This document shows positions 9,291 through 13,377 of a stretch of 13,377 bases of DNA, piece by piece. Numbering within the stretch: the stretch's first letter is position 1; the number at the start of each line of letters is the position of its first letter. The notes beneath the pieces were generated by a model. It had not been told where the DNA came from, ran no database searches, and saw only the letters and a list, made by a program, of their open reading frames with translations. Source of the stretch: Candidatus Jordarchaeales archaeon (GTDB taxonomy: Archaea; Asgardarchaeota; Jordiarchaeia; Jordiarchaeales; Freyrarchaeaceae); contig JAWCFL010000018.1 in the NCBI GenBank assembly GCA_038858525.1, forward strand, positions 24,700-38,076, in the 5' to 3' direction. Both the position numbers and the translations under genes were made by a program.

Positions 9291-10466
9291 CTAGTACTTG
9301 TGGAACCCTCTTCCTGCGTTCTTACCTATCCATCCGCGCTTAACATACTCTTCAAGTAGGGGGCATGGCTTGTAAAGCTCTAACCCATACTTGCCGTACA
9401 TTTCATTTAGTAGGGATGCGAGGACGTCTAGTCCTATGGCGTCTGCGAGCTCGCATAATCCTACAGGTGACATCATGCCAAGCTTTGCAACTTTATCTAT
9501 AGTTTCCGGGTCAGCTACTTCGTCCTCTATTATCCAGAACGCCTCGTTTGCTGCTGCCGCCACCACCCTCATAACGTTGTATGTTTCAGAAGGCTTCCCG
9601 CCTATCTGTGGAGCCCCCCCACTCCAATCGTAGAAACCTTTCCCCGTTTTCTTTCCCAACTTTCCCTTCCCAACCATTTCCTCAAGTAGCCCTACGGGAA
9701 GTAGGAACCTGTCCCCATACGCTTCACGGAAATTCCTGCCGACAGCCGCCACAATGTCCACTCCTATAATGTCCACTGCCTCAGCGAAACCTATAGGGAA
9801 ACCCATGGCCTTGAGTGACGCGTCAAGCTCCTCCGGCGTCACCTCTCCTCTACTTATAGCCCACAATCCTTCAGCTCCAGCAGCCATGAGAATCCTGTTA
9901 AGGACGAAGCCCCTCATGTCCTTCTTCACGACGACCGGCGTCTTACCCAATTTCTCCGCTACACGCGCTATAACTCTCAACGTTTCTTCGCTGGTCTCTC
10001 TGCCTTTGACGACTTCCACTAGAGGCATTAAAATAGGTGGGTTCGAAAAGTGCATACCGCCAACCCTCCCAGCCCCCCTTAGCCCCTCAGCTATCTCCGT
10101 GACGCTTAAGCTAGAGGTGTTGGTTGCGAGCACCACGCTCTCCGGTAGCCCGTCAAGCATACTGAAAAGCATCCTCTTCAACTCCAAGTTCTCGCTCACC
10201 GCCTCAAAAACGAAGTCCACATCTTTAACATCCTCCAGCCTAGTCGTTAACGAGACACGCTCCCAAACGGACTCGAAGCTTTCTCTAGTCATGGACATCC
10301 GCCGAAGCATCTCCACATTATCCCTATACTTGTCTTTCAGCCTGTCAAGAGCCTTCTCTGATACATCTTCCACAACAACATCGCACCCGGAAAGAGCAAA
10401 TAGAAAAGAAACATCGGACCCCATGGTCCCGGCACCAATCACCGCTACACGACCAATTTCACTCAC
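9291..10466 (-). CDS. 3-hydroxyacyl-CoA dehydrogenase (NAD-binding domain plus duplicated C-terminal domain)
   Basis: GAGTMG Rossmann motif, EAVSENLELK, TNTSSLS, GMHFSNP (catalytic His), GFVLNR, and two C-terminal repeats (GFPIGFAEAVDIIGVD...GKLGKKTGKGFY and SPVGLCELADAIGLD...GWIGKNAGRGFH). GTG start with GGAGG RBS. Confidence 0.92.
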   Translation of the reverse strand: MSEIGRVAVIGAGTMGSDVSFLFALSGCDVVVEDVSEKALDRLKDKYRDNVEMLRRMSMTRESFESVWERVSLTTRLEDVKDVDFVFEAVSENLELKRMLFSMLDGLPESVVLATNTSSLSVTEIAEGLRGAGRVGGMHFSNPPILMPLVEVVKGRETSEETLRVIARVAEKLGKTPVVVKKDMRGFVLNRILMAAGAEGLWAISRGEVTPEELDASLKAMGFPIGFAEAVDIIGVDIVAAVGRNFREAYGDRFLLPVGLLEEMVGKGKLGKKTGKGFYDWSGGAPQIGGKPSETYNVMRVVAAAANEAFWIIEDEVADPETIDKVAKLGMMSPVGLCELADAIGLDVLASLLNEMYGKYGLELYKPCPLLEEYVKRGWIGKNAGRGFHKY

Positions 10467-10528
10467 AAAACTCCCTCCAACCAGCCACCCAAAATAGAAT
10501 ACTCTAGATCAGAAATAACTGAAAAATA

Positions 10529-10543
10529 GTTTTTAACTTTGCG
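10529..10543 (-). promoter_or_regulatory. Probable BRE-TATA for the hbd-larA-like unit
   Basis: The minus-strand CGCAAAG-TTAAAAA lies about 64 nt upstream of the GTG at 10466. Confidence 0.4.
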
Positions 10544-10610
10544 AGAAAGCTGAAACCATAAAAACCCGTGACTAACAAAGAATTACGTTCAAGCTTAGAT
10601 TATAGAAAGG

Positions 10611-11135
10611 TTACCACTCGTCTAGTTTCGCTATGGCAGGGTTAGCCGGTCTTCTGCTTGTGGCTAGCGCAGGCTGGGCGTATTCCACCCCAATGTTTTC
10701 TCTTTTATTTTCCTCTTTTACCTCTTCGTTTTTCTCCTCGGTTTTCTTCTGCTCTGGTTTGTATATTTTGACGAATGGACCAGGCGTTACTACTATGTAT
10801 TCTCCTCCGAGCTGCGCTATGTCTCCATCCAGCTGGCGGCATATTCCTCTCAGCTGGTCAACAGCCCTTTTCAGTTCGTTTCTTGTCTTATCTCTCTGGA
10901 GAATAGGCCTTATGTGGAGTATAATTATGTTTCCTGCTCTGAGCTCCGCTACCACCTTCTGGATGTCTGACAGCATTATGAGCGGTATCGACTTGATGTA
11001 TATCTCCTCCGGGGCGGAGATGTTGAACTCTTCGCTCTCCTCCGGATAGCTGAAGTAGCGTCGGGGGTCTGGCACTATGCCCTGAGCGCTTCCATGCCCT
11101 CCACCGTTTCTCTTAAAAAGTCTGGCTATAACCAT
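10611..11135 (-). CDS. sepF: Archaeal SepF-like cell-division protein (COG2450/DUF552) with charged C-terminal tail
   Basis: Core IYIKSIPL...DIQKVVAELRAGNIIILHIRP...ELKRAVDQLRGICRQLDGDIAQLGGEYIVVTP matches the archaeal SepF pattern. GGAGGT RBS upstream of the ATG. Confidence 0.75.
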   Translation of the reverse strand: MVIARLFKRNGGGHGSAQGIVPDPRRYFSYPEESEEFNISAPEEIYIKSIPLIMLSDIQKVVAELRAGNIIILHIRPILQRDKTRNELKRAVDQLRGICRQLDGDIAQLGGEYIVVTPGPFVKIYKPEQKKTEEKNEEVKEENKRENIGVEYAQPALATSRRPANPAIAKLDEW

Positions 11136-11227
11136 CTTAGGGCAACCTCCAAAAGATGGTTCCTAGACCTAAAATTATATGCGTTAATGTTTCACCCGTC
11201 TTATCCTGAAAACACGGAATTCATTCA

Positions 11228-12016
11228 CTACTCGCTTTTGAGGAGGTCTATTACCACCTGGTGTACTCCTCTTAGGATCTCGTGCATGTGTATGAGTGTT
11301 GCCTCCGCTGAAAGCTTGGCAAGCCTGTCAGGGATGTTCATGGCTTTTTCCATGAGTCTTTTAATTTCCTTCTGGAGGAAATCTTCCGCCCGAAGTATAG
11401 CGTCCGTCTTCCCTCTCTCCCTCCGCCTGTAAGCCTCCATAGCTGACTCGAAGAGCTCCTTTACCATCCTCATCACTCTAACCACCTCTATTTTCACCCC
11501 GCCCGAGAGTCCCCTTCTAGCTACTGCATGGGCGGTGTGAGCTAGGTAGTCAGCGACCCTTTCTAGAAGGGAAACGTAACCCGCTCTCTCGAATAGTGCT
11601 TTAGTCTTCTTGGGGCTCTGGGAAATCTGCCTCCTGAAGCGTTGTGCATACCTGTGAACGTTTTCATGGGCGTCTTCTATCGCTTCAGCCATGACTGCGT
11701 CTTCGTTCTCAACAGCCTCCAACACTTTGTCGAAGAGTCCCCTCGTAGCTTCATAAATAAGCTTAAAGATGTCCTCGGGGGTTGAGTCCATCACGTCTTG
11801 AAGCACTATGTTCCTTGGTGTGCAGAAAGAGATCTCGAAGCCCGGTAGCCTGCGAAGCACCTCATTGATCCTTTCAAGGTCGGTGCTGGTGAGTGGCTCC
11901 TCCATCTCTATCCTTATCGATCTTACGCCTTCAACGTAGAGTAGCTCTATGGAGTGCAGTGCTCGTTCAAACTCTTCCCTGCTTCTAACAGTCACCCTTC
12001 TCTCTTCATAGTCCAA
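11228..12016 (-). CDS. PhoU-domain protein, archaeal phosphate-uptake-regulator-like, apparently without the N-terminal AbrB domain
   Basis: LLYVEGVRSIRI middle-domain pattern, a helical C-terminal region and LLERVADYLAHTA resembling the PhoU ERxxD motif. TTG start with GGGGAG upstream. Confidence 0.6.
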   Translation of the reverse strand: MDYEERRVTVRSREEFERALHSIELLYVEGVRSIRIEMEEPLTSTDLERINEVLRRLPGFEISFCTPRNIVLQDVMDSTPEDIFKLIYEATRGLFDKVLEAVENEDAVMAEAIEDAHENVHRYAQRFRRQISQSPKKTKALFERAGYVSLLERVADYLAHTAHAVARRGLSGGVKIEVVRVMRMVKELFESAMEAYRRRERGKTDAILRAEDFLQKEIKRLMEKAMNIPDRLAKLSAEATLIHMHEILRGVHQVVIDLLKSE

Positions 12017-12246
12017 CCTTTGCTCCCCGAGATAGCGTTGACCTTTCTCAAAGAAAAATAATTTGCATTCTCTTTTTATGCCGTTTTATGCAGGCATAAC
12101 CTTTCCCAAGCATCGCCTCCTCGGCCGCCACACCTCATCTCCCCCCCATAAATCGTTAAATCCTTTCCGGAGAAAGGTTTTAGAAAAGGTTATTTTGGCT
12201 GCTTGTATTGTAGCTTTGGGTTTGCAGCCGTTCCTGAATAGATAAC

Positions 12247-12254
12247 TTTATATA
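12247..12254 (+). promoter_or_regulatory. TATA box TTTATATA of tnpA (probably leaderless transcript)
   Basis: Consensus archaeal TATA 20 nt before the ATG at 12275, with no RBS in between. Confidence 0.6.
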
Positions 12255-12274
12255 ACACTTCTTAACATTTTTGT

Positions 12275-12902
12275 ATGATGATTGAGAGGTTGTTGACGCT
12301 TAGTGAAGCCTGCGAGGGATTAGGCGTTCATCCAAATACGCTTAGAAAATGGGATAAACAAGGTAAAATTAGAGTTGTTAGGACTGTTGGTGGTAGGAGG
12401 AGGATACCTGAAAGTGAAGTTGAGCGTTTGATGGACATCGCTAAACCAGACACGCCCAAAAAGCCGTGATTTATACCAGAGTTCCCCCCATGACCAGAAA
12501 CAGAAAGGGGATCTAGAGGGGCAGAAGCAAAGTTTACTGAGTTACGCCAAATCTAAAGGATATGAGGTTGTCGCGATCTTAGAGGATGCGGCAAGCGGAC
12601 TCAACGAAAACAGAAAGTCGCTGAACAAGATCTTTGATATGGTCGAGAAAAGAGAGGTAGGAGCCGTCATAGTAGCCTTTAAGGATAGGCTTACGAGGTT
12701 CGGCTTCAAATACCTAGAGCGCTACTTCCCCCCTCACAACATAAAAATCAAAGTCGTTAACGAGGAGCCTAAAGATGCCCATCAAGAGCTTGTAGAGGAC
12801 CTTGTAGCTTTGGTTTCTAGCTTTGCAGGAAAGCTCTATGGTTTGAGGAGCCATAAGTATAAAGAGGTTGTTGAGGGTGTCAGACAGCTTGTTGCTGAAT
12901 GA
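12275..12902 (+). pseudogene. tnpA: IS607 serine transposase TnpA, interrupted by two frameshifts
   Basis: Three consecutive frames: MMIERLLTLSEACEGLGVHPNTLRKWDKQGKIRVVRTVGGRRRIPESE (from 12275), then KAVIYTRV (about 12460-12483), then HDQKQKGDLEGQ...ASGLNENRK...AFKDRLTRFGF...ELVEDL (12489-12902). The shifts fall at A5 (12458-12462) and at TT-C6 (12482-12489). Confidence 0.88.
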
Positions 12903-13377
12903 GACCTGCAGGTTTAAGCTCCAGCCCAACGATGAACAAGCGGCAATTCTCGAGGATCTCTTCAAGAGCTATTCCGAAATGGTTAAAGCATGCCTGGATA
13001 GGGCTATACGTTTAAATCTGACCTCACGTAGGAGGCTTCATGAAGCAATTTATAAGGAGCTGAGGACGAAGTATCCGAACCACCCATCCCATTACATTTA
13101 TACGGCTATAACACAGGCTCTAAGCATATTCAAATCTTATAGGAGGCTCTCTAGGAAGAGGGGGGAAATTAACCCTCCAAGAATTGAAAAACTAAACACC
13201 ATTCTTTTGGACGACGCCCACCTGTTCTGGTTCAGTTGGGGATGCGTAAGGCTGGCTACGCACAAAGGACACATCGCGATTCCGTTCAGGGTTCATAAGC
13301 ATTCGATGAAGTTCATGGGTTGGCAGGTTAAAGGCTCAAGGCTTGTAAAATTTAATAACGAATACTACCTTCATGTT
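12877..13377 (+). CDS. tnpB: TnpB RNA-guided endonuclease family protein, N-terminal part (3'-truncated by the window edge; absent from the ORF track)
   Basis: Manual translation is open to the window end: (V/M)SDSLLLNETCRFKLQPNDEQAAILEDLF...LHEAIYKELRTKYPNHPSHYIYTAITQALSIFKSYRR...GWQVKGSRLVKFNNEYYLHV. This is a typical TnpB N-terminus overlapping the tnpA end. The start could instead be the TTG at 12889 or 12892. The RuvC motifs lie outside the window. Confidence 0.85.
   Translation, partial: MSDSLLLNETCRFKLQPNDEQAAILEDLFKSYSEMVKACLDRAIRLNLTSRRRLHEAIYKELRTKYPNHPSHYIYTAITQALSIFKSYRRLSRKRGEINPPRIEKLNTILLDDAHLFWFSWGCVRLATHKGHIAIPFRVHKHSMKFMGWQVKGSRLVKFNNEYYLHV

Larger units (their letters stand above)
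12241..13377 (+). mobile_element. IS607-family insertion sequence (left part; the true left end is not defined and may extend to about 12195)
   Basis: A MerR-like HTH plus serine-recombinase tnpA overlaps a tnpB N-terminus. The segment looks more AT-rich than the upstream genes (not computed). Confidence 0.88.

Noticed and set aside
10101-10111. GACGCTTAAGC 11-mer identical to 3360-3370
   Set aside because: It lies within the conserved TSSLSV codons of hbd and lacks the rest of the hairpin; treated as coincidence.
10509-10522. TCAG-N6-CTGA inverted repeat downstream of the hbd TATA box
   Set aside because: The 4-bp arms are too short to distinguish from chance.
8293-11432. Plus-strand ORFs antisense to the larA-like, hbd, sepF and phoU-like genes (e.g. 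8801-9262, 9754-10497, 10633-11049, 11094-11432)
   Set aside because: Same reason; the hydrophobic look of 10633-11049 is just the reverse complement of Lys/Glu codons.
12063-12245. 60-aa plus-strand ORF upstream of tnpA, and minus-strand ORF 12714-12965
   Set aside because: The first has a TTG start, no motif and spans regulatory repeats; the second is antisense to tnpA/tnpB.
12455-12463. Programmed -1 frameshift at CCC-AAA-AAG in tnpA
   Set aside because: It is not a canonical X-XXY-YYZ heptamer in frame, a second shift would also be required, and IS607 tnpA is not known to need frameshifting.

Overview
Archaeal chromosomal window, judged from TATA-box promoters, GGTGA/GGAGG ribosome-binding sites, frequent GTG/TTG starts and archaeal-type riboflavin enzymes; the lineage cannot be fixed from sequence alone. 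Left to right: (+) two tandem paralogous Pol-beta-type nucleotidyltransferases (COG1665-like; the first is cut by the window edge); (-) a LarA-family (nickel-pincer racemase/epimerase-like) gene; (-) a tightly coupled six-gene riboflavin operon, in transcription order ribB - archaeal ribC - ribH - GTP cyclohydrolase III (arfA/gch3) - metal-dependent amidohydrolase - RibD-C-type reductase (arfC), preceded by a perfect TACTCA-N4-TGAGTA palindrome; (-) a 3-hydroxyacyl-CoA dehydrogenase coupled to a second, divergent LarA-like gene; (-) sepF-like and PhoU-like genes; (+) the left part of an IS607-family element with a doubly frameshifted serine-transposase tnpA and an open tnpB running off the window. 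The best leads are the amidohydrolase inside the rib operon (candidate for the pyrimidine deaminase and/or deformylase step not covered by the other genes), the putative rib operator, the hbd-larA-like pair with an altered active site, two similar hairpins bracketing the rib operon, and the uncharacterised nucleotidyltransferase pair. All motif calls were made by eye, without database searches.
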